The notes: generated by a model not told the origin, from the sequence alone. Positions 1 to 10,583 are shown, numbered from the stretch's first letter. The stretch is DNA of 64,000 nt from an uncultured Gemmatimonadales bacterium (GCA_963821525.1 CAWGED010000005.1:992001-1056000), one strand, 5' to 3'. Made by a program: numbers and translations.

Positions 1-674
1 TTCTCGAGTGCGTCAGGCTCGAGCGGCGTGAATTCTTCCTGTTTCAGGCAGTGGGTGAAGGTGCCGTAGGGAACGGTGATCGTCGCGTTCAGATCGATCA
101 CTCGCGCCTTGTCCTCGGCAACCCCCGGGGCGAACTCCTGCGGCGTGACCTGGCCCAGCTTGGGATGGACCCGCATCAAGATGCCGGCCTTGGCGCCGTT
201 CTTCCCGGCCTCGAACGATCCGGCGGTACTCACGACTTTGCCGTTGTCGTACTCCTTGGTATCCTCGCCGAAATACCAGACATTGCCTTCCTTGTCCTGG
301 GCATACCAATCGAAGGTCTTCTCCTTGAGCTCACCATTGAGGAAGACCCGATCGAGGACGACGGTCACGGCCACGCCCAGAATAGTCTTGTGACCCAGGG
401 TGATATCGGTAACGACCGTTTCGGGCAGGTCATCTTCGGTTCCGCGGTAGATCAGCCTTCGGCCAAGCGGTAGAGGGAACAGCGGGTTGGTCACCCCCGG
501 CACGAAGGCGTTGGGATCGAACACGGGAAGGTCGGCGACGCCGGCGGGGAAGTGAGGGGTCAGGACCGGTGCCTGATCGCTGCCCATTGCGGAGGGATCG
601 GTCAAATCCTGGGAATGACAAGCCAGGGCAACAGTGGATACCAGCACGATTCGAGAAAGCGATCGGGTACGCAT
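1..674 (-). CDS. Conserved hypothetical, probably secreted protein; 3' end runs off the window
   Basis: Translated by hand (not in the ORF track): ATG at 674 after AGGAG; contains KTFDWYAQDKEGNVWYFGEDTKEY...AGSFEAGKNGAKAGILM; same frame as the codons at base 1. Confidence 0.75.
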   Translation of the reverse strand, partial: MRTRSLSRIVLVSTVALACHSQDLTDPSAMGSDQAPVLTPHFPAGVADLPVFDPNAFVPGVTNPLFPLPLGRRLIYRGTEDDLPETVVTDITLGHKTILGVAVTVVLDRVFLNGELKEKTFDWYAQDKEGNVWYFGEDTKEYDNGKVVSTAGSFEAGKNGAKAGILMRVHPKLGQVTPQEFAPGVAEDKARVIDLNATITVPYGTFTHCLKQEEFTPLEPDALE

Positions 675-796
675 GAGGCGGTCTCCTGGGGATGTGGGTT
701 CGCCTCAGCCCTGCTGCCTGGGCGGGCGTCATCTCAGGAACCGGGGAGAACTCGCCTTGTGACACCACCTCCTCCTTGCTAGCTTCCCGGCTCAGC

Positions 797-1336
797 ATGC
801 CCACCCGCACGCCCCTCCTCGATGCCCGGGCGGTTACCCGCGCCCTCAATCGCATGGCTTCCGAGATCGTGGAGAAGTGCCACGGGACGGACGACCTCGT
901 CCTGGTGGGAATCCAGCGCCGCGGTGTGCAGCTCGCCGAACGACTCGCCAAACTCATCGAATCCACCGAAGGCCATCCGATTGTCTCCGGCAAGCTGGAT
1001 ATCACCCTCTACAGGGACGATCTCCAGGCGGTCGGCCCCCGGCCGGTCGTGGGGGAGACCAAGCTGCCCGCGGACCTCGATGGCAAGACGGTCGTCATCG
1101 TGGACGACGTGCTCTACACCGGCCGGACCATCCGCGCGGCACTCGACGAGTTCGCCGACTTCGGTCGCCCGCGGCGGACCCTGCTCTGCGTGCTGGTGGA
1201 CCGGGGTGGTCGTGAGCTTCCTATCCAACCCGACATCGCGGGGACGACCATCAACACCACGCCGAACGACCGGGTGGACGTACTAGTCACCGAGCTGGAC
1301 GGTCGCGACGCGGTAGAGCTGGTGCGCGGCGATTGA
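797..1336 (+). CDS. pyrR: Pyrimidine operon regulator / uracil phosphoribosyltransferase
   Basis: GIQRRG, LDITLYRDD, VIVDDVLYTGRTIRAALD, LVDRGGRELPIQPD motifs; upstream of pyrB. Confidence 0.95.
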   Translation: MPTRTPLLDARAVTRALNRMASEIVEKCHGTDDLVLVGIQRRGVQLAERLAKLIESTEGHPIVSGKLDITLYRDDLQAVGPRPVVGETKLPADLDGKTVVIVDDVLYTGRTIRAALDEFADFGRPRRTLLCVLVDRGGRELPIQPDIAGTTINTTPNDRVDVLVTELDGRDAVELVRGD

Positions 1337-1551
1337 ACTGCAAACTCAAACGCAGAGGCGCAGAGAACGCAGAGGCTTGATTTGATTACGAAGACACAAA
1401 GAACACGAGGAGCACAAACTCGAAACTGATTGAAGAAGCGAACGAACCATGCGCGCACGTGACGCAGGCTACCGGTCCGGAGAGCCCTTTGTGAACTTCG
1501 TGTCTTCGCGTTTGAACGGTAGTCCTCGACGCCCTCTGCGCCTCCGCGTTT
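1295..1551. repeat. Copy 1 of a ~255-bp direct repeat: pyrR 3' end plus a nested palindromic element
   Basis: Outer inverted repeats aaacgcagaggcgcagag (1348-1365) / ctctgcgcctccgcgttt (1534-1551); inner inverted arms ~1388-1410 / ~1487-1510. Confidence 0.9.
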
Positions 1552-1609
1552 CTCCTTGGGGGATACCTCAAGCGGAATCCTCCATGGCCGCTGCGTGACG
1601 ACCTCCCGC

Positions 1610-1865
1610 CTGGATGGGGAGACGCGGTTGAGCTGGCGCGAGGTGATTGAACTGCAAATCAAACGCAGAGGCGCAGAGAACGCAGAGGGCTTGATTCGAG
1701 CATGATGACAGAAGAACAAAGAATACAAAACACAAAAACCTGATTGAATAGTCGAATGAACCATGCGCGCACGTGACGGAGGCTACCGATCCGGAGAGCC
1801 CTTTGTGAACTTCGTGTCTTCGTGTTTGAACGGTAGCCCTCGGCGTCCTCTGCGCCTCCGCGTTT
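1610..1865. repeat. Copy 2 (diverged) of the direct repeat
   Basis: Same outer inverted repeats at 1661-1678 / 1848-1865 and same core ccatgcgcgcacgtgacg...ccggagagccctttgtgaacttcgtgtcttcg. Confidence 0.9.
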
Positions 1866-1899
1866 CGGCTGTTGGCCGCGAGGTGTGTGAGGAGTCTTC

Positions 1900-2865
1900 A
1901 TGGGGTCAACGGTGACCGCCTCCCTCGGGAAAGACCTGGTCGGGCTCGAGCACCTCTCGGCCGATCAGATCCGGCTCATCCTCGACACGGCCGAACCGTT
2001 CAAGGAAGTGAGCGAGCGGCCGATCAAGAAGGTGCCGGCTCTCCGCGGGAAGACCATCGTCAACCTCTTCTTCGAAGCCTCGACCCGAACCCGGATCTCC
2101 TTCGAGTTCGCCGAGAAGCGCCTCTCGGCCGACACGGTCAACGTGGCGGCCTCGGGAAGCTCGGTCTCCAAGGGCGAGACCCTGGTGGACACGGCCCGGA
2201 ACCTCGAAGCGATGCGGATCGACATGGTGGTGATCCGCCACCACGCTTCGGGCTCCGCCGAGTTCCTGGGGAAGCGGATCCGGTCGAACGTGATCAATGC
2301 GGGGGACGGGAAGCACGAGCATCCGACCCAGGCGCTGCTCGATCTTCTTACGCTGCGCGACAAGTTCGGCAAGATCGAGGGGCTCAAGGTCGCGATCTGT
2401 GGCGACATCCTCCACAGCCGTGTCGCCCGAAGCAACATCTGGGGTCTCACCAAGCTGGGTGCGCAGGTCGGCGTGTGCGGGCCCGCCAGCCTCATGCCGC
2501 GGGGCATCGACGAGCTCGAGGTCACCCGTCTCCCCCGAATCGAAGACGCGATTCAATGGGCCGACGCCCTCAACATTCTCCGGCTCCAGCTGGAGAGAAT
2601 GACGGCGGGATTCATTCCTTCGCTCCGCGAATACAACCGGGTCTTCGGGGTGACCACTGAGCGGCTCTCCAAGGCCTCAAAGAATCTGGTGATCATGCAT
2701 CCGGGCCCGATGAATCGCGGGGTCGAGATCGACAGCGATGTGGCCGACGGTCCTCACAGCGTCATTCTCCCCCAGGTCACCAACGGCGTCGCGGTACGCA
2801 TGGCCGTGCTCTACCTGCTGGCCGGGGGATCTCCCGACTGGCAGCACAGTGGAGGAGCCGAGTGA
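1900..2865 (+). CDS. pyrB: Aspartate carbamoyltransferase catalytic subunit
   Basis: [39 protein letters not shown]. Confidence 0.97.
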   Translation: MGSTVTASLGKDLVGLEHLSADQIRLILDTAEPFKEVSERPIKKVPALRGKTIVNLFFEASTRTRISFEFAEKRLSADTVNVAASGSSVSKGETLVDTARNLEAMRIDMVVIRHHASGSAEFLGKRIRSNVINAGDGKHEHPTQALLDLLTLRDKFGKIEGLKVAICGDILHSRVARSNIWGLTKLGAQVGVCGPASLMPRGIDELEVTRLPRIEDAIQWADALNILRLQLERMTAGFIPSLREYNRVFGVTTERLSKASKNLVIMHPGPMNRGVEIDSDVADGPHSVILPQVTNGVAVRMAVLYLLAGGSPDWQHSGGAE

Positions 2866-4154
2866 TTCGTCCCATCCTGATCCAGGGCGGCAGAGTCATC
2901 GATCCCTCCCGGGGGACCGACGGGGTGGCCGACGTGTATCTGACCGACGGCAAGGTCGCGGCGGTGGGAAGCAACATCGTCGGCGAGGAAGGAACGCTGG
3001 TCATTCCCGCCGCCGGGAAAGTGGTGGCCCCTGGCCTGATCGACCTGCACGTGCACCTGCGCGAGCCGGGGCAGGAGGACCAGGAAACCGTGGCGACCGG
3101 GGCCATGGCGGCCGCGGCGGGAGGGTTCACGGCGGTGTGCGCGATGCCCAACACCGATCCGGTAGTGGACAATCAGGGCACCGTCGGGTTCATCGTGAGC
3201 CAGGCGCAGCGTGCCGCGAAAGCGAGAGTGTATCCGATCGGCGCTATCTCCCTGGGACAACGGGGAGAGAAACTGGCGGAGTTCGGAGAGCTGGTCGGAG
3301 CCGGCGCTGTCGCGGTGAGCGACGATGGGAAGCCGGTGATGTCGAGTCACCTGATGCGCACCGCCCTCGAGTATGCGCGGACCTTCAGTATCCCGGTCGC
3401 CGATCACTGCGAAGATCTGGCGCTGGCGGAAGGTGGCGCCATGCACGAGGGCATCGTGGCGACTCGCCTCGGACTCAAGGGCATTCCCGCGGCCGCGGAA
3501 GAAATCATGGTCGCGCGCGACATCATCCTGGCCGAGCTCACCGGGGGCCATGTCCACCTGTGCCACATGTCGACTCGTGGCTCGGTCGAACTGATCCGGC
3601 GGGGGAAGGAGCGTGGGATCCGGGTGACGGCGGAGGCGACACCGCACCACTTCACGCTGACGCACGACGCGTGCGAGGGGTACAACACGAACGCGAAGAT
3701 GAATCCGCCGCTTCGGGAGAACGCCGATCGCGAGGCGATCCGGCAGGGGCTGCGTGACGGCACGCTCGATGTGATCGCGAGCGATCACGCTCCGCACCAC
3801 TACGATGCCAAGGAGCGCGAGTTCGACGACGCGCCGAATGGAATCCTCGGTCTGGAGACGGCCTTGGGTCTGGCGATTTCGGAACTGGTGGAGACCGGCT
3901 TGATGAGTCTGTCCGACCTTCTGCTGCGAATGAGCACCCAGCCGGCGCGGATCTTCAATCTCCCGGGTGGCAGTCTCGGGATTGGAGCACCGGCGGATGT
4001 GGTGGTGTTCGATCCCAAGGCCCGCTGGACGGTGGACCCTTCGCGATTCCACTCCCGGAGCCGCAACACTCCCTTCGGCGGGAGGTCCCTGACCGGCCGG
4101 GCCGAAGTGACGATCGTCCGGGGCAGGGTGGTCTACCAGGCCTGGGAGGACTGA
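2862..4154 (+). CDS. pyrC: Dihydroorotase (type I)
   Basis: [35 protein letters not shown]. Confidence 0.96.
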   Translation: MIRPILIQGGRVIDPSRGTDGVADVYLTDGKVAAVGSNIVGEEGTLVIPAAGKVVAPGLIDLHVHLREPGQEDQETVATGAMAAAAGGFTAVCAMPNTDPVVDNQGTVGFIVSQAQRAAKARVYPIGAISLGQRGEKLAEFGELVGAGAVAVSDDGKPVMSSHLMRTALEYARTFSIPVADHCEDLALAEGGAMHEGIVATRLGLKGIPAAAEEIMVARDIILAELTGGHVHLCHMSTRGSVELIRRGKERGIRVTAEATPHHFTLTHDACEGYNTNAKMNPPLRENADREAIRQGLRDGTLDVIASDHAPHHYDAKEREFDDAPNGILGLETALGLAISELVETGLMSLSDLLLRMSTQPARIFNLPGGSLGIGAPADVVVFDPKARWTVDPSRFHSRSRNTPFGGRSLTGRAEVTIVRGRVVYQAWED

Positions 4155-4247
4155 ATCCGCCTCCGGATGGCTTTCCGCAAACCCGCGAGGCTTATAGATT
4201 TGCAGAAGGTTTTCTCCCTCCGGACCGGCTGAGAGGAAGCACTGGAC

Positions 4248-5278
4248 ATGGCCAAGCCGACCCACCGCAACGATGCGATCGACAAGCTACTCCAGGACCG
4301 GGCCCAGTTCATTTCCTGGATAACCCGGCTCACAGGTCCCTCCAACTCGAGCCCGCCAGTGCCTGAGGCGGTACGGCACCGGGTGCGAGCCGACTATGAA
4401 GGACGGCTGCAGTCGGTCGTCGAAGCGCTGCGGTCGCACCAAAACGACCTTGAGCAGCAGATGTCGGAGTTCCAGGCTCGGCGAGACACGCTTTCCACTC
4501 GGGAGAGCGAGGCAAAGGAGCGGCTCTCCGAGGCCGAGGTCCGCCACATGGTCGGCGAGTACGACGACGGCCGGTGGCAGACGATTCGCGCCGACCTGAC
4601 TCGTGAAGTCGTGAGCGTTCAGGAGGAGCTGAGTCGCACCACCGCCGAGATCGATCGCCTCGACGAGGTGCTCACCACGATCCGGGCGCCGCTTCCAAGC
4701 ATGGAGTCGGAGCCGGAACCGGAACCGGAGCCTGCGCCTCAGCCGGTCGCCGCCGCGCCCCCACCGGCACCCGCTCCGCCGCCACCGGTCCACCGGAATT
4801 CCCGGGATCATGACGGAATTCACAGCCCCGACCGACCAGCGGCCGGCTGTGGCGGCTCAAGGCAATGAGATTCCCTTCAAGGCTCCGGCCGCTCCCAAGC
4901 CGCAGCCCAAGCCGCCTGCCGCGAAGCCGAAGGAAGATTCTGCCGGCAGGACCCTTTGGTTCCCCTCCGGCAAGCCTGGTGAGGCCCCAGCCGGGAAGAT
5001 GGATGAGCTGGCCTTCCTCAAGTCGGTGACCGGCAATGAGGGCGCCACCGCACCGGCCCAACCGGGCAAGCGTCCCAGCGGAAGCCTCACCAAGCCGGTC
5101 GAGACCGCTGCTCCTTCCGCTCCGGCCGCTCCCACCGGCACCTGCAGCGGAAGCGGCGAAGGATCGCGCCAGCGGCGGAACCGCCCCCAAGACGCTCAAG
5201 TGCGGTGAGTGCGGGACCATGAACCGGCCCACCGAGTGGTATTGCGAGCGGTGTGGGGCAGAGCTGGCGGCGTTGTGA
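4248..5278 (+). CDS. Hypothetical protein: coiled coil, Pro-rich linker and C-terminal zinc ribbon (two apparent frameshifts)
   Basis: Three consecutive ORF pieces (4248-4868, 4810-5208, 5036-5278) join; ends CGECGTMNRPTEWYCERCG. Confidence 0.7.
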
Positions 5279-5283
5279 TTCGA

Positions 5284-5408
5284 AGCCGTCAGCCATAGCC
5301 GTTAGCCGTCAGCAGTTCAAAGAACAAAAAACCCTCCGACTCGATCGTTCGGAGGGTTCTTTCTTTTGGAGCGGCTAACGGCTAATCGGCTGATGGCTGA
5401 CGGCCGAC
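5284..5408. repeat. Inverted heptamer arrays (AGCCGTC)n ... (GACGGCT)n enclosing a terminator
   Basis: agccgtc agccat agccgtt agccgtc agc (5284-5313) versus gcggcta acggcta atcggct gatggct gacggcc (5371-5408). Confidence 0.85.
5319..5367. terminator. Bidirectional intrinsic terminator between convergent genes
   Basis: 10-bp stem aaccctccga / tcggagggtt with an A-rich left flank and a T-rich right flank. Confidence 0.85.
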
Positions 5409-5409
5409 C

Positions 5410-5664
5410 CTACTTCTTCCCCGCCACGGCCTTCGCCAGCCGGCTCTTCTGCCGGGCTGCGGCGTTCTTGTGAATGAGGTTCTTCCGGCCTGCGCGGTCC
5501 AGCAACTGCGCCGCGCGCTTGTAGGCAGCCGAAGCTTCGGCTGCGGTCGTGGCCGACCGGACTTTCTTCAGGGCGGTGCGCAGCTCACTGCGGCGCGTCC
5601 GGTTCCGGGCATGGGCCGCCTTTGACTTCCGCATGGCCTTCGCCGCGGATTTGATTCGGGGCAC
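5410..5664 (-). CDS. rpsT: 30S ribosomal protein S20
   Basis: PRIKSAAKAMRKS...LIHKNAAARQKSRL. Confidence 0.97.
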   Translation of the reverse strand: MPRIKSAAKAMRKSKAAHARNRTRRSELRTALKKVRSATTAAEASAAYKRAAQLLDRAGRKNLIHKNAAARQKSRLAKAVAGKK

Positions 5665-5723
5665 GGCAACCTCAGATTCAGGGCAGTTTCGAGGTCGGCC
5701 AGGGTGGCCGACGAGAGGCGCGA

Positions 5724-5752
5724 ATTGTAGGCCCCGGGTGGGCCAAGGTCAA
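5724..5752 (-). promoter_or_regulatory. Sigma70-type promoter of rpsT
   Basis: Minus strand TTGACC-N17-TACAAT. Confidence 0.75.
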
Positions 5753-5859
5753 GCCGCAGGCGGCTTTCGAGGGGAGGACGGCCGGGTTTAAATTTCGGTC
5801 AGATTCCCACCTCCGCTGGCCACCCTCACCCGGTTCCTGACCTGAGCGAATTCATCCTG

Positions 5860-6523
5860 GTGCTCCCCGTGCTGGTGTTCTCCATCGTGGCTCATGAATA
5901 CGCCCATGGAGCCGCCGCCTACGCCCAGGGAGACGACACGGCCTACATGCTCGGCCGGCTCACCTTCAACCCGATTCCCCACATCGACCCGTGGATGAGC
6001 ATCCTGTTTCCCGCTCTCCTGTGGTTTGGATCGGCCCATCTTCGGATCGCCGTTTACCTTCGGAGCGGCGAAACCAGTACCGGTCAATCCTCGGAAGTAC
6101 CGGAACTACAGGAAGGGCGACATCATCGTCTCGTCCGCCGGTGTCGTGATCAACCTGGGACTGAGCGTGGTGTTCACCATTCTCTTCGCATTGGTGGGGC
6201 TGCTGGGCCGAGCGGCGCCTCCGCTCCAGCCGGGTCTCATGATTCTGCAGCAGATGACGGCGTACGGAGTGCTGCTCAACCTGGTACTCTGCTTCTTCAA
6301 CCTGATTCCGATTCCCCCGCTCGACGGGTCGCACCTGTTCTATTACGTGCTGCCTCCCGAACTCGGGGCGCGCTACCGTTCGCTGCAGCGGTTCGGGTTT
6401 CTGCTTCTGTTCGCGTTGTTGTTCCTGTTGCCCGGGGTCCTCAACGTGTTTCTGATTCCGGCTCACTGGATCGGCTCCCGGCTCCTCGGCCTGGTTGCCC
6501 CCTACAGCCTGAGCTTCCTCTAA
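5860..6523 (+). CDS. Site-2 protease family (M50) membrane metalloprotease (apparent frameshift near 6030; start uncertain)
   Basis: HEYAHG in the 5' piece; GAAKPVPVNP and FNLIPIPPLDG in the 3' piece. Confidence 0.9.
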
Positions 6524-6539
6524 GCGATACTTATCGGGA

Positions 6540-7289
6540 ATGACGGCATCCGCTGCTCCGCCCACTACCGCGCTCGGCGCCGAACCCGGGTTCGTCGTCC
6601 AGCTCGACGCCTTCGCGGGACCGCTCGATCTGCTGCTGCACCTCCTCCGCGAAGAACAGATCGACATCGCGGACATCCCGATAGCGCGCATCGCCGATCA
6701 ATTCCTGAGCGTCATCCACGACCTGGGACTCAACCAGGCTGCGGATTACCTGGAAATGGCGGGCCGTCTGCTGCGGCTCAAAGCGCAGACCCTGCTGCCT
6801 CGCCGGTCGGAAGAGGAGGGCTGGGAAGATCCGCGGCACGAGCTGGTCCGGCGACTGCTCGAGTATCAGCTGATCCGCGAAATCGCCTCCTGGCTCGACA
6901 AGTCATCCGAGCGACGGGCCGGACAATTTGCCCGGGGCTATCTCCCGCCGCCGCCCGAATTGCCGCCGCAGCCGCTCGCCATCGACCTGCTGCAGCTGCT
7001 TGAGGCGGTGGAGAAGGTGATCAGCGAGATCCTGGTTCCGGTTCTGCACCGGGTCGTGGCGCGTCCGCTCGACGTCGAAGGCGCCACCAAGCGGATTGAG
7101 GCATTGCTCGAGGAGCGCGGTGAGATTGGCTGGCTCGATGCATTGGGTCCCGAGCGCGGGATCGCCCAAGTCCTTTCCACTCTGCTGGCACTCCTCGAAC
7201 TCGCCAAGCGGGGCACCCTTCACCTCTTCCAACGCGCAGCGTTTGCGCCGATGGTGATCAGCCGTGACGCCCCTCGCCCAGCTGCTTGA
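6540..7289 (+). CDS. scpA: Segregation and condensation protein A
   Basis: FAGPLDLLLHLL, DPRHELVRRLLEY. Confidence 0.93.
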   Translation: MTASAAPPTTALGAEPGFVVQLDAFAGPLDLLLHLLREEQIDIADIPIARIADQFLSVIHDLGLNQAADYLEMAGRLLRLKAQTLLPRRSEEEGWEDPRHELVRRLLEYQLIREIASWLDKSSERRAGQFARGYLPPPPELPPQPLAIDLLQLLEAVEKVISEILVPVLHRVVARPLDVEGATKRIEALLEERGEIGWLDALGPERGIAQVLSTLLALLELAKRGTLHLFQRAAFAPMVISRDAPRPAA

Positions 7290-7854
7290 GGCCGCGCTGT
7301 TCTCCGCCGCCCGTCCGGTGACGGTGGAGGAGCTGCAGACCCTCGATCCCGAAGCATCACTCGCCGATGTACGCGCAGCGCTGGAGCAGTTGCGCGAGCA
7401 TTACGATTTCGACGGCCATGCGGTGGAGGTCGTCGAGTTGGCCGGCGGCTACCAGATACTCACCCGGCGGGCCTTCGCTGCGGCGATCGAGCAGGCTCAG
7501 CTCTCGGTACGAATTCCCAAGCTGACCGGCGCCGCGCTGGAGACGCTCGCGGTAATCTCCTATCGCCAGCCGGTCGGCCGCGCGGAGATCGAGGACATCC
7601 GTGGGGTGTCGGCTGGTGGCGTGCTGAGAACCCTGCAGGAACGTGGGCTCATCGAGGTGGTAGGACGGAGCGATGCGATGGGCCGGCCTCTGCTTTACGG
7701 AACGACCTCGCTCTTCCTGGAGACGCTGGGCCTCAGAGATCTGGCCGAATTGCCCCGGGCCGACGAATTCACTGTCGCTCTCCAGCCTCCCCGCCCGCCC
7801 ATGGCGGCGGAAGGAGAGGAAGACGCCGCGGCGTCGGTACCCGCGGAATCGTGA
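7264..7854 (+). CDS. scpB: Segregation and condensation protein B
   Basis: LEAALF, ALETLAVISYRQPVGRAEIEDIRGV, GRPLLYGTT. Confidence 0.95.
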   Translation: MTPLAQLLEAALFSAARPVTVEELQTLDPEASLADVRAALEQLREHYDFDGHAVEVVELAGGYQILTRRAFAAAIEQAQLSVRIPKLTGAALETLAVISYRQPVGRAEIEDIRGVSAGGVLRTLQERGLIEVVGRSDAMGRPLLYGTTSLFLETLGLRDLAELPRADEFTVALQPPRPPMAAEGEEDAAASVPAES

Positions 7855-8585
7855 CCGAGATGCGCCTCCAGCGGGCGCTGGCGCGGGCGGGAATCGCAAG
7901 TCGTCGCGCCGCGGAATCGCTGATCACGGATGGCCGGGTCAAGATCGACGGGAAGATCGCGACGAAGCTCGGCACCAAGGTCGATCCGGATCGCCATCGG
8001 ATTACCGTCGGCGGCAAGCTCATCCCCCGAGTCCGCCACCGCTGGCTCGCCTTCCACAAGCCGCTCGGTGTTGTCACTACCGCCCAGGATGAAGAGGGCA
8101 GGCGTACGGTCTTCGACTTCATTCGAGACCGGACCGGACTGGCCTACGTGGGTCGGCTCGATGTGATGACCACCGGCCTCCTCCTGCTCACCAGTGACGG
8201 AGACGCGATTCACCGGCTCACCCATCCCCGGTATCGCATCCCCCGCAGCTACACCGCCCTGGTGCACGGCCGGTCGCCCGCGGAAATCTCCCAGGCGCTC
8301 CGCGAAACCACGATGATCGACGGCAGGCCGGTGGTCGCGACCGCGACCAAGGTCCGGCCCGGCACCAGCGGCCGGAGCATCATCGACGTGACACTCACCG
8401 AGGGACGCAATCGTATCGTGCGGCGGTGGTGTGAGGCGATGGGACTCAAAGTGGAACGCCTGGCACGGCTCTCCTACGGCCCCGTTCGGCTGGGGGACCT
8501 CAAACCAGGCGAATCCCGGCTGCTAACTCCGAAGGAAGAGGCCGCTATCTACTCCGCAATCGGGCTCGCCCCGCGAAAGCCATGA
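7851..8585 (+). CDS. rluB: rRNA pseudouridine synthase (RluB/RsuA family)
   Basis: S4 domain RLQRALARAGIASRR, VGRLD, EGRNRIVRR; follows scpAB. Confidence 0.85.
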   Translation: MTEMRLQRALARAGIASRRAAESLITDGRVKIDGKIATKLGTKVDPDRHRITVGGKLIPRVRHRWLAFHKPLGVVTTAQDEEGRRTVFDFIRDRTGLAYVGRLDVMTTGLLLLTSDGDAIHRLTHPRYRIPRSYTALVHGRSPAEISQALRETTMIDGRPVVATATKVRPGTSGRSIIDVTLTEGRNRIVRRWCEAMGLKVERLARLSYGPVRLGDLKPGESRLLTPKEEAAIYSAIGLAPRKP

Positions 8586-9565
8586 CGGCCAAAGCCTCTC
8601 CGTCCCCCCGCGCCGTTGATGCCAGCCCAATTCGCGGCGTCACCGCTGAAGTCGCCAAGCGCATCGTAGGACAGGATGTCATGGTCGAGCGGCTGCTGGT
8701 GGGACTCCTCACCGGCGGTCATATCCTGATCGAGGGAGTACCAGGACTGGCCAAGACGCTCGCGGTGAGGACGCTCGCGGAAATCATTCACGCGTCCTTC
8801 TCCCGCATTCAGTTTACGCCTGACCTGCTTCCGGCCGACGTCATCGGCACCATGGTCTTCGATCCCAAGACCCAGGAATTCAAGGTGAAGCGCGGTCCCC
8901 TCTTCGCCCAGATCATCCTGGCCGACGAGATCAACCGCGCGCCGGCCAAGGTCCAGGCCGCGCTGCTCGAGGCGATGCAGGAGAAGCAGGTCACGATCGG
9001 AGGAACGACTTTCCCGCTGGAGGAGCCGTTCCTGGTGCTCGCGACCCAGAATCCCATCGAGCACGAAGGAACCTATCCGCTACCGGAGGCGCAGCTCGAC
9101 CGGTTCATGCTCAAAGTGCGCGTGGGCTATCCCTCGCGAGACGAAGAGAAGGAAGTCCTGCTCAGGATGAGCTCCGGCCACGAGATCCCGGTCGAACGCC
9201 TGTTGGATCCGGCTCACATCCTCTCGCTCCGTGAATCCATCGCGGCCTTGTACGTCGATCAGAAGGTGGTGGATTACATCGTGGATCTGGTCCGGGCCAC
9301 CCGGGACCCGTCGAGTGTCGGGCTCGCCGCGCTGAAACCGCTGGTGGCGTTCGGAGCGTCGCCCCGGGCCTCGATCGCTCTGGCCCAGGCCGCCCGCGCT
9401 CACGCGTTTCTTCGCGGCCGGGCTTACGTCGTCCCCGAGGATGTCCGCGCCCTCGCCCTCGAAGTCCTTCGGCATCGCGTGGTGCTGACGTTCGAGGCCG
9501 AGGCGGAAGAGCTCGACAGTGATGCGGTGATTACTCGGATCTTGGATGCCCTTCCGGTTCCGTGA
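8582..9565 (+). CDS. MoxR family AAA+ ATPase
   Basis: EGVPGLAKT, RIQFTPDLLPAD, LADEINRAPAK, ATQNPIE..GTYPLPEAQLDRF. Confidence 0.96.
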   Translation: MTAKASPSPRAVDASPIRGVTAEVAKRIVGQDVMVERLLVGLLTGGHILIEGVPGLAKTLAVRTLAEIIHASFSRIQFTPDLLPADVIGTMVFDPKTQEFKVKRGPLFAQIILADEINRAPAKVQAALLEAMQEKQVTIGGTTFPLEEPFLVLATQNPIEHEGTYPLPEAQLDRFMLKVRVGYPSRDEEKEVLLRMSSGHEIPVERLLDPAHILSLRESIAALYVDQKVVDYIVDLVRATRDPSSVGLAALKPLVAFGASPRASIALAQAARAHAFLRGRAYVVPEDVRALALEVLRHRVVLTFEAEAEELDSDAVITRILDALPVP

Positions 9566-9690
9566 GAGTACCGAGTACCTAGTACCGAGTACCTAGTACT
9601 GCACACCGGCTAATCAAATGATTGAATTCTTGATCCCCTGATCTCCTCCCGCTCACTGTACTCGGTACTCGGTACTCGGTACTAAGTACT
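9566..9690. repeat. Inverted heptamer arrays (GAGTACC)5 ... (GGTACTC)5
   Basis: gagtacc gagtacc tagtacc gagtacc tagtact (9566-9600); tgtactc ggtactc ggtactc ggtacta agtact (9657-9690). Confidence 0.92.
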
Positions 9691-9698
9691 TTCTAACC

Positions 9699-10583
9699 AT
9701 GGCATCCATCTCTCCCTATGTATTGAAGCAGGTCAAGAACATCGAGCTCCGCACCCGGGGCCTGGTGGGATCCCTGTTTGCCGGGGAGTACCGCTCGGTG
9801 TTTCGGGGACAGGGGATGGAGTTTGCCGAAGTGCGGGCCTACGAACAGGGTGACGACTACCGCGCGATCGACTGGAACGTCTCGGCGCGACTGGGCACTC
9901 CTTACGTCAAGACCTTCACCGAAGAGCGCGAGCTGACGGTGTTGCTCGTGGTGGATCAATCGGGATCCACTCATTTCGGGGAACCCCGTACCAAGGCCGC
10001 CCTTGGCGTCGAGATCGGATCCGTCCTCGCCCTGGCGGCGGCGTACCACAATGACAGGGTGGGAGCCCTGCTGTTTACCGAGACGGTAGAGCGAGTGATC
10101 CCTCCGTCTAAGGGAAGACGGCATGCCTTGCGGGTGATCCGCGACCTGGTCGCGTTCGCCCCGCAGACCCGTCGCACCAATCTCGCCGGTGCCCTTCACT
10201 ACGCCGCGGAGTTACTCGGTCACAGGAGCATCGTGGCCGTGATCTCGGATTTCCTGGCCAAGGACTGGTCCCAGCCGCTCCGCCGTCTCGCGGCCCGCCA
10301 TGACGTCGTTGCGATCACGGTCGAGGACCCGCGCGAGTCGGAGTTGCCCGACGCCGGCTGGATTGATCTGGAGGACGCGGAGACTGGCGAGCGGGTCCTG
10401 GTAGACGCCGGATCCCGGGCAGCGAGAGGACGGCTCCACCTGCTGGCCGAACGCCGCCGGGAGGAGCGCGACCGGTTGCTGGCCGCGGCTGGAGTTGATC
10501 AAGTGCTCCTCAGCACCGCATCCGACTACGCCATTCCACTGCGGCGCGCCTTCGCTCAGCGGGCGCGCCGCCTGCATAGATGA
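9699..10583 (+). CDS. DUF58 domain (VWA-like) MoxR partner
   Basis: G.YRSVFRGQGMEFAEVRAY..GDD.RAIDWNVSAR, EEREL. Confidence 0.93.
   Translation: MASISPYVLKQVKNIELRTRGLVGSLFAGEYRSVFRGQGMEFAEVRAYEQGDDYRAIDWNVSARLGTPYVKTFTEERELTVLLVVDQSGSTHFGEPRTKAALGVEIGSVLALAAAYHNDRVGALLFTETVERVIPPSKGRRHALRVIRDLVAFAPQTRRTNLAGALHYAAELLGHRSIVAVISDFLAKDWSQPLRRLAARHDVVAITVEDPRESELPDAGWIDLEDAETGERVLVDAGSRAARGRLHLLAERRREERDRLLAAAGVDQVLLSTASDYAIPLRRAFAQRARRLHR

Noticed and set aside
1474..1487. GGTCCGGAGAGCCC (and 1788-1801) as PyrR-binding loops
   Set aside because: Only a partial match to ARUCCNGNGAGGYU, the stem has a mismatch, and there is no terminator with a U-tract; not supportable, though an Rfam PyrR scan would settle it
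9566..9690. Tandem short repeats as a CRISPR array
   Set aside because: Units are 7 bp without unique spacers, and there are no cas genes
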